In this document: positions 23,255 to 31,802 of the stretch, piece by piece | Numbering within the stretch: position 1 is the first letter of the stretch | Layout of the letters: the number at the start of each line of letters is the position of its first letter | From: Candidatus Moranella endobia PCIT | Lineage (GTDB): Bacteria > Pseudomonadota > Gammaproteobacteria > Enterobacterales > Enterobacteriaceae | Length of the DNA: 32,000 nt | Direction: 5' to 3' | Assembly (NCBI RefSeq): GCF_000219175.1 | Contig: NC_015735.1 | Location: forward strand, 360,001 to 392,000 | Notes under the pieces: generated by a model | What the model saw: the letters and a program-made list of their open reading frames with translations, nothing else | What the model was told of the DNA's origin: nothing | The model's database searches: none | Translations under genes and position numbers: made by a program

Positions 23255-24370
23255 CTAAGGTGACGATACAGCATGAGTAATCGTATGCTGTTGGCAATGG
23301 CAGTAGTTTTTCTGTAAGTTATTAACTTTAGATAGATAGAGGCGCGATTCTGCCGACGGATGCTGCGTCGACAACGTTTGATAAACTTGTTCTGGCTGCA
23401 TACCATTGATTATCTGAAACGCCAGGTTTTGATTGCTTGCGAAGACCCGCAGCACACTACCAGCACCACCGTTATAGGCTGTTATAACTGCATATCGTCG
23501 CGACATGGGATTGACAATCCCACCTAAATAGCTTTTTTGTAGCATTGCTAGATAAGCCGTACCGGTATCAATATTATTTCCCGGGTTTAACAGATAGCTG
23601 CGGCTTGGCTGGCCACGTTTGCCCTTCATTTTAAACACGTCGCGTCCTGCGCTGTGCTGTACCACCTGCATGAGACCCAAGGCGTCGGCATTACTCACAG
23701 CATAGGGGTTAAAGCTAGATTCTGTTTGCATTATCGCCAGGATCAGCGACTGATCAACACCATATTGCTGCGAGGCTTTACGCACTATCCCCCGGTATTT
23801 ATTTGAGCGTTTGTCCACATGATTTAGCATTAGTGGAATGGTAACTGACCACTTTTGCCGCAGGCCATTGGTGCTGGTTTTTAGCCTGGTTTGCAGCATA
23901 TAATCGGCAAAAGTGGCGGCTCGCCACTTTATGCGAATCGGCTGGCCGTCGTTATCCAGCATCTGCCCATAGATGAAAGGCTTTTGACTGCTAGGAATCA
24001 CTTCCGCATCCGAGTAAAAATCTATGCTAACTGGATCATTCCCCATCAAAATGGTGTTAACAATTGCTTGGCGCAGATACTTGCCAGGGTTGTCGCCCAC
24101 AATGGTTTCAATGGTGATAGCACCAGTATCAAATTTTATTTGGTAGCGGGTTTCGTAATGATCGGTGTATTTAACATAATCTTTCGTCCCAGCAATTAGC
24201 ACTTCATTCATACCCCATAGAGTTGTTATGTTATGGGCAAATTGGTTCATGACCATATTAAAACCATTGGTGTTTTTTCTTTCGCATTCGATGTTTTCTT
24301 TACCGTGGGTGTATGATGTTAATAAGTTAGTAATGGTAATAATAATTAATAAAGGCCATATTTTTTTCAT
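23255..24370 (-). CDS. mltC: membrane-bound lytic murein transglycosylase C (lipobox Cys replaced)
   Basis: 371 aa. Collinear with E. coli MltC from TNGF..M.QFAHNI to the SLT domain, with catalytic [12 protein letters not shown]. At the N-terminus, LLTSY stands where E. coli has LLISC. Confidence 0.9.
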   Translation of the reverse strand: MKKIWPLLIIITITNLLTSYTHGKENIECERKNTNGFNMVMNQFAHNITTLWGMNEVLIAGTKDYVKYTDHYETRYQIKFDTGAITIETIVGDNPGKYLRQAIVNTILMGNDPVSIDFYSDAEVIPSSQKPFIYGQMLDNDGQPIRIKWRAATFADYMLQTRLKTSTNGLRQKWSVTIPLMLNHVDKRSNKYRGIVRKASQQYGVDQSLILAIMQTESSFNPYAVSNADALGLMQVVQHSAGRDVFKMKGKRGQPSRSYLLNPGNNIDTGTAYLAMLQKSYLGGIVNPMSRRYAVITAYNGGAGSVLRVFASNQNLAFQIINGMQPEQVYQTLSTQHPSAESRLYLSKVNNLQKNYCHCQQHTITHAVSSP

Positions 24371-24438
24371 GTTACATAAATGCGGTTAACTAGTTCGGTA
24401 GGATACATTTGGTAATATTGTCCTTCTGCTTCATGCTT
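24371..24438 (-). pseudogene. yggX: 5' stub of Fe(II)-trafficking protein YggX, abutting the mltC start
   Basis: The minus strand reads [23 protein letters not shown] and runs directly into the mltC ATG. E. coli YggX residues 11-32 are [23 protein letters not shown]. The first ~10 codons and the C-terminal ~60 codons are absent. Confidence 0.6.
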
Positions 24439-24703
24439 TTTTTATATAAGTATATAAGTATAAGTACTGTTTTGTATTTAGGCTGCCGCAGGTATATACA
24501 CCATAATAATGCCAACAGACATTATCATCTAATAGTTTTTTAGCATTAGTTATTAGTTGCGTGCGCCCACAGTAACGATTGACGCTTGCTTCTTAACATT
24601 ACACAGGCTATAAATTATTGCAATTATGCTATTTACCTGTTTGCTAAACGGCACTAGCTTTGCATAATGCTTGTTTGCAAACTATTGAGCATGGCGGAAC
24701 TTT

Positions 24704-25432
24704 ATGCATCATCCGTTCATTTCAACTGAATTAGATACAGATACACATAAAACAGCGCGGGGGCGGATTCGTAGTTTTGTTAGGCGTAAGGGTCGTCTTA
24801 CCAAAAGGCAACAGCAGGCGTTAGATACGCTTTGGCCAGCGATGGGAACAAACTATCAGGCGCAGCCGCTCAATCTAGATGTGCTGTTCGGCCGTTCAAT
24901 GCCGGTCACGATGGATATTGGGTTTGGTATGGGAGCATCTCTGGTTAACATGGCGGCGTCGCATCCAGAACAGCATTTTCTAGGGATTGAGGTTTACTTA
25001 CCTGGCGTCGGTGCTTGTCTTGCCAGCGCACAGGAAGCTGGTATAAGCAATCTGCGCGTAATATATCACGATGTAGTGGAAGTGCTGGAACAGATGATTC
25101 CGGATATGTCTCTTGCACTGGTGCAGTTGTTTTTCCCTGATCCCTGGCATAAAGCGCGGCATAATAAACGACGCATTATACAGTCACAGTTTGTCGATCT
25201 GGTAGGACGTAAGCTGTCTAACACCGGTGTTTTTCATATGGCTACTGACTGGCAACCTTATGCTGAACATATGTTGGCAGTCATGTCCGAGGCGGAATTT
25301 TTCCGTAACCTTTCTGCCACCGGGGACTATGTTCCACGGCCGGCGGCTCGCCCGTTTACCCATTTTGAACAGCGCGGTAAGCGACTCGGTCATGGTGTGT
25401 GGGATTTAATGTTTGAAAAAATACTGATCTGA
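24704..25432 (+). CDS. trmB: tRNA (guanine46-N7)-methyltransferase
   Basis: 242 aa. [47 protein letters not shown] and HMATDW match E. coli TrmB. Confidence 0.95.
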   Translation: MHHPFISTELDTDTHKTARGRIRSFVRRKGRLTKRQQQALDTLWPAMGTNYQAQPLNLDVLFGRSMPVTMDIGFGMGASLVNMAASHPEQHFLGIEVYLPGVGACLASAQEAGISNLRVIYHDVVEVLEQMIPDMSLALVQLFFPDPWHKARHNKRRIIQSQFVDLVGRKLSNTGVFHMATDWQPYAEHMLAVMSEAEFFRNLSATGDYVPRPAARPFTHFEQRGKRLGHGVWDLMFEKILI

Positions 25433-25696
25433 GCAACATGCATGTTGTACAAACACCGTCATGCGTTATTGATGAATGACAGTCTGGTAGGATCAGACAG
25501 TAGTACTACTATACCGTTCAGGATGAAAATCGGCCTGGCAACATGTGCGGCCAAAAAATAGCATAACAGTGTGTCTAACAAACGGCTCTTGTCCCACCCA
25601 AGCATCTTAACTTCATACCGCTACACTAGATTACATGGAGAAAGATATAGCGGTATGAATAACGTTTAGTTAGAATATAACCTTCCTGATATTGAT

Positions 25697-26326
25697 TTGT
25701 CTGTGCACGCGTTGACTCATAAAAAAAAATCTATAGTAAACCAAAAAGCCAGTTACCCAGGTCACATAAGAATTATCGGCGGGTACTGGCGCGGTCGTAC
25801 CATACCAGTACTTGACAGGCAGTATCTACGCCCAACTACCAATATCGCCCGGGAAACTCTGTTCAATTGGCTGGCACCAGTTATCCAGGACGCGCAATGC
25901 CTGGATTGTTTCACCGGTAGCGGTGCGTTAGGTCTGGAAGCGCTGTCTCGCGGTGCGGCTAGCGTTACGTTTCTGGAACAAGATCGTGCGGTTAGTGCGC
26001 AACTAAAGAAGAATTTGCGGGTATTGCAGACGCAGCAAGCGCTGGTTATCACTGTAGACAGCTTGCGTTGGCTGGCGCAACCTGGCAACGTTTTTGATGT
26101 GGTTTTTATTGATCCACCCTTCCTCCCAGGCATGATAACTGCCACAGTGGCCATACTGGAGCAGTATCAGCGTCTGGCCGACGAAGCCTGGATTTACATG
26201 GAAACCGCAACAGAAGAACCTACACCAGCAGTACCGACATCTTGGCAACTCTATCGGGAAAAGTTTACGTTGCAAGTAGCGTACCGGCTATATCGGTATA
26301 GCCGTCACGTTACGCTTGAGAAATAA
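25697..26326 (+). CDS. rsmD: 16S rRNA (guanine966-N2)-methyltransferase RsmD
   Basis: IRIIGGYWRGR, LRPTT...RETLFNWL, LDCFTGSGALGLEALSRGA and IDPPF are collinear with E. coli RsmD. There is no in-frame ATG upstream of the conserved core, so the start is TTG 25697, GVG-type GTG 25703 or TTG 25712. The 5' boundary is therefore uncertain. Confidence 0.85.
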   Translation: MSVHALTHKKKSIVNQKASYPGHIRIIGGYWRGRTIPVLDRQYLRPTTNIARETLFNWLAPVIQDAQCLDCFTGSGALGLEALSRGAASVTFLEQDRAVSAQLKKNLRVLQTQQALVITVDSLRWLAQPGNVFDVVFIDPPFLPGMITATVAILEQYQRLADEAWIYMETATEEPTPAVPTSWQLYREKFTLQVAYRLYRYSRHVTLEK

Positions 26327-26497
26327 TAATACTATTACTTACTTCGTACCCAACATGATTATCAATCATGTAATCATTATTACTTGATTGAGTGTACCGC
26401 ATATGCATCGGTGTGAGCACAGGTATATTCCAGCGCACTCATTCACTATCAGTTAGTGAATAATGCTAAAGCAAATATTCTTATTAAGAGGTATTAA

Positions 26498-27709
26498 ATG
26501 AAACGTGCGGTGATTACCGGCCTGGGGATTTTATCAAGTATCGGTAACGACCAAACAGAAGTTTTGGCCTCGTTGCAACAAGGTTGCTCCGGGATTACCT
26601 TTTCCCAAGAATTTAAAAATTCTGGCATGCGCAGCCATGTGTGGGGCAATGTCAAACTAGATACTACCAAGTTGATTGATCGCAAAATGGCGCGCTTTAT
26701 GAGTGATGCATCTATCTACGCCTTTCTGTCCATGGAGCAGGCGATAGAAGATGCCTGCTTGCCACCCGACATAGTTTCTAACGATCGTACCGGACTTATC
26801 GTGGGATCAGGCGGGGGATCGCCACGCAATCAGGTGGCCGGATCCGACGGCATGCGCGCCCGTGGTCTACGCGGCGTGGGACCCTATATGGTCACTAAAT
26901 CTATGGCATCCGGCGTTTCTGCATGCCTAGCAACGTCTTTCAAAATTCGCGGTATTAATTATTCAATTAGCTCTGCCTGTTCTACATCCGCGCATTGTAT
27001 TGGTAATGCAATGGAAATAGTCCAGCTTGGTAAACAAGATGTGGTATTCGCGGGCGGTGGTGAAGAACTTTGCTGGGAAATGGCATGTGAATTCGATGCT
27101 ATGGGTGCGTTATCAACCCACTACAATGAAACGCCAGGGAAAGCTTCACGTACTTATGATGTTAATCGCGACGGTTTTGTTATCAGCGGTGGCGGCGGCA
27201 TTGTGGTAGTGGAAGAGCTGGAACATGCCCTGGCCAGAGGCTCCCATATTTATGCCGAAATCATCGGTTATGGCGCAACCTCCGATGGCGCAGACATGGT
27301 AGCGCCTTCCGGCGAAGGCGCTACCCGCTGTATGCGTATGGCTCTAAACAATGTCAATACTCCTGTTGAGTATCTTAATGTTCATGGCACATCCACTCCA
27401 GTTGGCGACGTAAAAGAACTGTTGGCAATCCGTACAACCTTCTGCGGCCAGCAACCAGCATTATCATCTACCAAAGCGATGACTGGTCACGCGCTAGGGG
27501 CAGCAGGAGTGCACGAAACGATCTTTACTTTACTGATGCTAGAGCATAATTTCATTGCACCGAGTATTAATATTGAACAGCTGGATCCGCAGGCAGAAGG
27601 GATGAACGTTATTACCGAGCTAACCCAGCGTAAATTGACCACTGTTATGAGCAACAGTTTTGGTTTTGGTGGCACTAACGCAACACTGGTCATGCGGAAA
27701 TACTTCTAA
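26498..27709 (+). CDS. fabB: 3-oxoacyl-ACP synthase I
   Basis: 403 aa. [16 protein letters not shown], active-site Cys in [17 protein letters not shown], His motifs HGTSTPVGD and [13 protein letters not shown]-terminal [16 protein letters not shown]. Confidence 0.96.
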   Translation: MKRAVITGLGILSSIGNDQTEVLASLQQGCSGITFSQEFKNSGMRSHVWGNVKLDTTKLIDRKMARFMSDASIYAFLSMEQAIEDACLPPDIVSNDRTGLIVGSGGGSPRNQVAGSDGMRARGLRGVGPYMVTKSMASGVSACLATSFKIRGINYSISSACSTSAHCIGNAMEIVQLGKQDVVFAGGGEELCWEMACEFDAMGALSTHYNETPGKASRTYDVNRDGFVISGGGGIVVVEELEHALARGSHIYAEIIGYGATSDGADMVAPSGEGATRCMRMALNNVNTPVEYLNVHGTSTPVGDVKELLAIRTTFCGQQPALSSTKAMTGHALGAAGVHETIFTLLMLEHNFIAPSINIEQLDPQAEGMNVITELTQRKLTTVMSNSFGFGGTNATLVMRKYF

Positions 27710-27789
27710 GCTTATGAAGCTTATGCAAACAAGCTTGCTAATTTCCAGCCGAGTTATTTTGATTTGCATCCATTCAGTGGGATTCCTAA

Positions 27790-28047
27790 CGCTAGGCTGC
27801 TTGGCGAAATTTATTGTCGGATATATCAGCCATTTCACCAGCGATTTTCTTCCATACCCATTACCACCCATGCTCTGTGTTCTTAATAAGTACTGCGACG
27901 GAGCAGTGGACAATTTTTAGATCTTGTCTCGTGTTTATGCCTTGTAAACCTGGTGAAAATAACCGTGCTCTTCGATGGATACTTATGTCTATGGCCAGCA
28001 GCAAAGCGTTTAGAACTATATTTTGCGTAACAGTGTTATTCTAGCCA
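27790..28047 (-). pseudogene. glnD: 5' stub of PII uridylyltransferase GlnD
   Basis: The minus strand at 27871-27830 reads MGGNGYGRKSL and, one frame over, GEMADISDNK. The E. coli GlnD nucleotidyltransferase motif is VGGYGRGELHPLSDVD. Weaker LCCWP ~ PCVWP lies nearer the 5' end. The stub sits immediately downstream of map, where glnD lies in E. coli. Multiple stops and frameshifts are present, and about 2.4 kb of the gene is missing. Confidence 0.5.
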
Positions 28048-28061
28048 TATCGTCGGCGTTA

Positions 28062-28907
28062 TTATTGTATAACCTGAGCGTTCGGGAGATTATTTATAGC
28101 TGGGGTTGTAAGCTGGTTAGTATCGGTGATTATTACCATTGGTAATGTATCATCAGTGCGCAGCGTCATAATTTCACAGCCATTATCAGTTACAACGATC
28201 GTATGTTCGTACTGCGCTGACAGACTGCGATCTTTAGTTTTTACAGTCCAACCGTCTGGCATAGTGCGTATGCGGTAGTCGCCAGCGTTGACCATTGGCT
28301 CAATGGTCAACGCCATGCCAGGCTGCAACACCACACCGCCGTCTTCGGCATCATAATGTAATACCTGCGGCTCTTCATGAAAGTTTATTCCGATCCCGTG
28401 GCCGCAATACTCACGTACTACGGAGAAACGTTCGGCTTCAACGAACGTTTGAATCGTTTTACCGATGGTGCGCAGGCGGATACCAGGCCTGACCATGCGG
28501 ATAGCCCGATACAGACTTTCTTTGGTCACACGGCACAGCCTTTCGCCGATAATGGTTGGTTTGCCAACAATAAACATTTTTGATGTATCGCCGTGAAAGC
28601 CATCTTTGATGACTGTGACGTCAATATTCACAATGTCGCCATCTTTCAGGGTTTTTTTATGGCTTGGAATGCCATGGCAAACTACTTCATTCACTGAAAT
28701 ACAAACCGATTTAGGAAAACCGCGGTAGCCTAACGATGCAGAAACAGCATGCCGCCTGGTAATATGTTGGTAGCACAACAGATCCAGTTCGCCGGTACTG
28801 ACGCCGGGTTTAATGTGATTTTCAATCATTTCCAGCACCTCTGCTGCCAGCCGGCCGGAAACTCGCATGTGAGCGATCTCGTCTGATGTTTTAATATAAA
28901 TGGCCAT
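28062..28907 (-). CDS. map: methionine aminopeptidase
   Basis: Start at the ATG at 28907 (MAIYIKTSDEIAHMRVSGRLAAEVLEMI aligns with E. coli MAISIKTPEDIEKMRVAGRLAAEVLEMI). Metal ligands lie in DIVNIDVTV, GHGIG, TIEPM and YEHT. The C-terminus is about 17 aa longer than E. coli. Confidence 0.95.
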   Translation of the reverse strand: MAIYIKTSDEIAHMRVSGRLAAEVLEMIENHIKPGVSTGELDLLCYQHITRRHAVSASLGYRGFPKSVCISVNEVVCHGIPSHKKTLKDGDIVNIDVTVIKDGFHGDTSKMFIVGKPTIIGERLCRVTKESLYRAIRMVRPGIRLRTIGKTIQTFVEAERFSVVREYCGHGIGINFHEEPQVLHYDAEDGGVVLQPGMALTIEPMVNAGDYRIRTMPDGWTVKTKDRSLSAQYEHTIVVTDNGCEIMTLRTDDTLPMVIITDTNQLTTPAINNLPNAQVIQ

Positions 28908-29046
28908 AATAGTCCGCAATCGGCGTTCAGTTCAATGATATTATCATACAGTATTAATAGTATCAGTTCGATCCGATACTGCCACATGCTAAATGCTAAT
29001 TTATGCCAAGCTAGTCAAATATTTGGTGGAGTACGAGCGTGCTTTA

Positions 29047-29055
29047 TGGTATAAA
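29047..29055 (+). promoter_or_regulatory. candidate extended -10 promoter of rpsB-tsf
   Basis: TGgTATAAA (TG at 29047-29048, hexamer at 29050-29055) lies 213 nt upstream of the rpsB ATG. This resembles the extended -10 (TGTGGTATAAA) and long S2-autoregulated leader that I recall for E. coli rpsB. There is no good -35, as expected for that promoter class. Confidence 0.45.
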
Positions 29056-29267
29056 GCGCACCGAAGATAGGTATCAGCTTGTGTGTTGTTAAGCTACGTG
29101 AATTCTTTCAAGAAGAAACTAAATTGTGTTATCATAATAAACACGTATCGGCACATAGTATCGGCAGGAGTGCGTTGACCACCATTAATAGGTCAGCTAG
29201 CTGTATAGGAGGATACGTGGAGGCATAATCCCAACATAACCCAAATTTACTTATATAGAGGTTTATA

Positions 29268-29981
29268 ATGGCAACTGTTTCCATGCATGACCTGCTCCAG
29301 GCAGGTGTCCATTTTGGTCACCAAACCCGTTACTGGAATCCAAAAATGAAGCCTTTCATCTTTGGTGCTCGTAACAACGTTCACATTATCAATCTCGACA
29401 AAACCGTAGCAATGTTTAACGAAGCCCTAGCCGAGATAAACAAGATCGCAGCACGCAAAGGCAAAATTCTTTTTGTCGGGACCAAGCGCGCCGCCAGCGA
29501 ATCAGTCAAAGCAGCAGCTAAAAACTGCGATCAATTCTTTGTCAACTATCGTTGGTTAGGTGGCATGTTGACGAACTGGAAAACTGTTCGTCAATCCATT
29601 AAACGTTTAAAAGACCTAGAAGTACAGTCTCAGGACGGTACGCTTGAGCAGATGACTAAGAAAGAGGCATTGATGCGTACTCGTGAACTGGGTAAGCTAG
29701 AAAATAGCCTAGGCGGTATCAAAGATATGGGCGGTCTGCCGGACGCGCTGTTTGTTATAGATGCGGAACACGAACACATAGCTATAAAAGAAGCTAATAA
29801 TCTGGGCATTCCTGTATTCGCTATAGTTGATACTAACTCCGACCCTGCTGGCATTGGCTTCATTATTCCTGGTAATGACGACGCTATCCGAGCAATTAAC
29901 CTGTATCTTACCGTAGTTGCAACCACCGTTGGCGAAGGCCGGCATAATATGGCGGCACAATCTAGAGAAATACTTCTATAA
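29268..29981 (+). CDS. rpsB: 30S ribosomal protein S2
   Basis: 237 aa. [36 protein letters not shown] is collinear with E. coli S2. Confidence 0.96.
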   Translation: MATVSMHDLLQAGVHFGHQTRYWNPKMKPFIFGARNNVHIINLDKTVAMFNEALAEINKIAARKGKILFVGTKRAASESVKAAAKNCDQFFVNYRWLGGMLTNWKTVRQSIKRLKDLEVQSQDGTLEQMTKKEALMRTRELGKLENSLGGIKDMGGLPDALFVIDAEHEHIAIKEANNLGIPVFAIVDTNSDPAGIGFIIPGNDDAIRAINLYLTVVATTVGEGRHNMAAQSREILL

Positions 29982-30102
29982 ACTTAAACTAACAACATAA
30001 TAACTTAAGGTATTAATCACATTGACCATTAGTTAGTGGCTGTATTCAGGTATGATTTCCCCTGTCTACAACACGGAATAATAATAATGAGGAACAGATG
30101 AT

Positions 30103-30909
30103 ATGGCTGATATTACCGCTGCCCTGGTTAAAGCACTGCGTGAACGTACCGGCGCCGGTATGATGGAATGCAAGACAGCCCTCGTTGAAGCGCAGGGCGA
30201 TATCGAGCTAGCTATCAACAAAATGTATAATTCAGGCAAGGTAAAAGCTGCCAATAAAGCGGGAAGAATTGCTGCCGAAGGCCTAATACTGACCAACATT
30301 GCGCCGCACGGCAAATACGGTGTCATCATTGAGCTAAACTGTGAAACTGATTTCGTTGCTAAAGACAAATTATTTAGTAACTTTGGTGCTGCGGTCATCA
30401 CTGCGGCGCTGAATGAACGTATTGATGCTCTTGATTTGCTGAAGGATAAATTTGAAGACCAGCGCATCGCGCTGGTGTCAAAAATGGGTGAAAATATTAA
30501 TATCCGTCGCTTGGGCATTATGGAAGGAAACAGACTTGGTTCTTACTTGCACTATGCGCGCATTGGTGTCATAGTTGCAGCTACTGGCGCGAATGACGAA
30601 TTGATAAAGCACATTGCCATGCATATTGCCGCTAGCAAACCGGAATATATCAACACGGACGATATACCGGCTGATGTAGTAGCCCGTGAGCATCAAAGCA
30701 AGCTAGAAACAGCTATTCATGCCGGCAAAACGCGTGAAATAGCCGAGAAAATAGCTGCAGGTATGATACGTAAGTTCACTGGGGAGATTTCCCTGACTGA
30801 CCAGCACTTTGTTATGGATCCTAGCAAAACCGTCGGCCAGCTGTTAGAAGAACAAGGTGCTACAGTAAAAAGCTTTATACGTTTTGAGTTGGGTGAAGGC
30901 ATTCATTGA
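30103..30909 (+). CDS. tsf: elongation factor Ts, C-terminally truncated by a frameshift
   Basis: 268 aa versus 283 in E. coli. [27 protein letters not shown] and the rest are collinear up to IRFELGEGI. Then comes H-stop (TGA 30907-30909). The missing tail is readable in the +1 frame. Confidence 0.9.
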   Translation: MADITAALVKALRERTGAGMMECKTALVEAQGDIELAINKMYNSGKVKAANKAGRIAAEGLILTNIAPHGKYGVIIELNCETDFVAKDKLFSNFGAAVITAALNERIDALDLLKDKFEDQRIALVSKMGENINIRRLGIMEGNRLGSYLHYARIGVIVAATGANDELIKHIAMHIAASKPEYINTDDIPADVVAREHQSKLETAIHAGKTREIAEKIAAGMIRKFTGEISLTDQHFVMDPSKTVGQLLEEQGATVKSFIRFELGEGIH

Positions 30910-30987
30910 AACAGCAAAAGTTGATTTCGCAGCCGAAGTTTCTGCCATGGGTCAGCAGCTTTATAAATGCAATAGTAGATCGATCAC

Positions 30988-31185
30988 ATGGCAACCAACA
31001 AAAAACCCCTTAATCAGCGCATCCTGCTTACTACATCGTGCTCCTGGCCCAGTGCGTGAACGAACTGGAACTGGTGATCCTGGTTGGTGTGGTTATCGGT
31101 GGCGGCAACAGTAATAATATATGATGATATGATTGAGCCTAGCAAACACGGTCCACCCGGATCACTCAGTCTAAAGGATTCGTAA
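30988..31185 (+). pseudogene. pyrH: UMP kinase, collapsed remnant
   Basis: ATG 30988 opens MATNKKPLNQRILL (E. coli [21 protein letters not shown]). After a frameshift/deletion the sequence reads [22 protein letters not shown] (E. coli [23 protein letters not shown]), then stops. Only ~200 bp lie between tsf and frr, against a ~726-bp gene. The 3' boundary is speculative. Confidence 0.75.
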
Positions 31186-31186
31186 T

Positions 31187-31744
31187 TTGATGCACGCAAT
31201 ATGCAAAGATACTGATATACGCATGGAAAAATGTGTCGAAGCGTTCAAAAACCACATCAGTAAAGTACGCACAGGACGTGCTTCTCCGAGCCTGCTTGAC
31301 GGTCTTCAGATAGAATATTATGGTACTCTCACACCACTGCGCCAGTTGGCCAATGTTATTGCCGAAGATTCCCGTACTTTGGCTATCAATGTTTTTGACC
31401 GCATTTTGATCCCAGCGGTAGAAAAAGCTATTCTGTCCTCAGATCTAGGGCTAAACCCCTCGGTTGTCGGTACGATCATTCGTGTACCGCTGCCCCCGCT
31501 TACCGAAGATCGCCGCCGTGATATGATAAAAGCCGTGCGCGCTGAGGCAGAACAAGGCAGGGTGTCCGTGCGCAATATTCGTCGTGATGCCAACGACAAA
31601 GTGAAGACGCTGTTAAAAAATAAAACCATCAGTGAAGATGAAGAACGCCGTTCGCAAGAAGATATTCAAACAATTACCGATGCATGGATCAAAAAACTAG
31701 ATAGCGCCCTCGAGAAAAAAGAACATGAATTAATGGACATTTAA
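31187..31744 (+). CDS. frr: ribosome recycling factor
   Basis: 185 aa, the same length as E. coli [46 protein letters not shown] and [11 protein letters not shown] are present. TTG start at 31187 with ATG at 31190. AAGGA at 31174-31178. Confidence 0.95.
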   Translation: MMHAICKDTDIRMEKCVEAFKNHISKVRTGRASPSLLDGLQIEYYGTLTPLRQLANVIAEDSRTLAINVFDRILIPAVEKAILSSDLGLNPSVVGTIIRVPLPPLTEDRRRDMIKAVRAEAEQGRVSVRNIRRDANDKVKTLLKNKTISEDEERRSQEDIQTITDAWIKKLDSALEKKEHELMDI

Positions 31745-31802
31745 TGATTAATGATGCGCTGCCGGACAGCACATAGTATAGCAAGATGCGTGCATGTGAC
31801 TT

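Noticed and set aside
24443-24464. The tatataag tandem repeat, and the aagcttatg x2 repeat at 27708-27725, as CRISPR-like or regulatory repeat arrays.
   Set aside because: There are only two to three units with no spacers, and they are AT-rich or at junctions. They are more consistent with replication slippage at deletion scars.
27660-28044. Plus-strand ORFs of 86 aa and 76 aa in the fabB-map spacer, as possible small novel genes.
   Set aside because: No SD and odd composition. The opposite strand carries the GlnD GGYGRGEL remnant, so these are chance ORFs in a decaying pseudogene.
30901-31114. Programmed +1 frameshift, or a tsf-pyrH fusion protein (ORF 30884-31114).
   Set aside because: There is no slippery heptamer or homopolymer at the shift site. 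The lesion looks like a simple 4-nt duplication. The downstream part of the +1 ORF is out of frame with respect to the pyrH remnant and gives non-homologous sequence.
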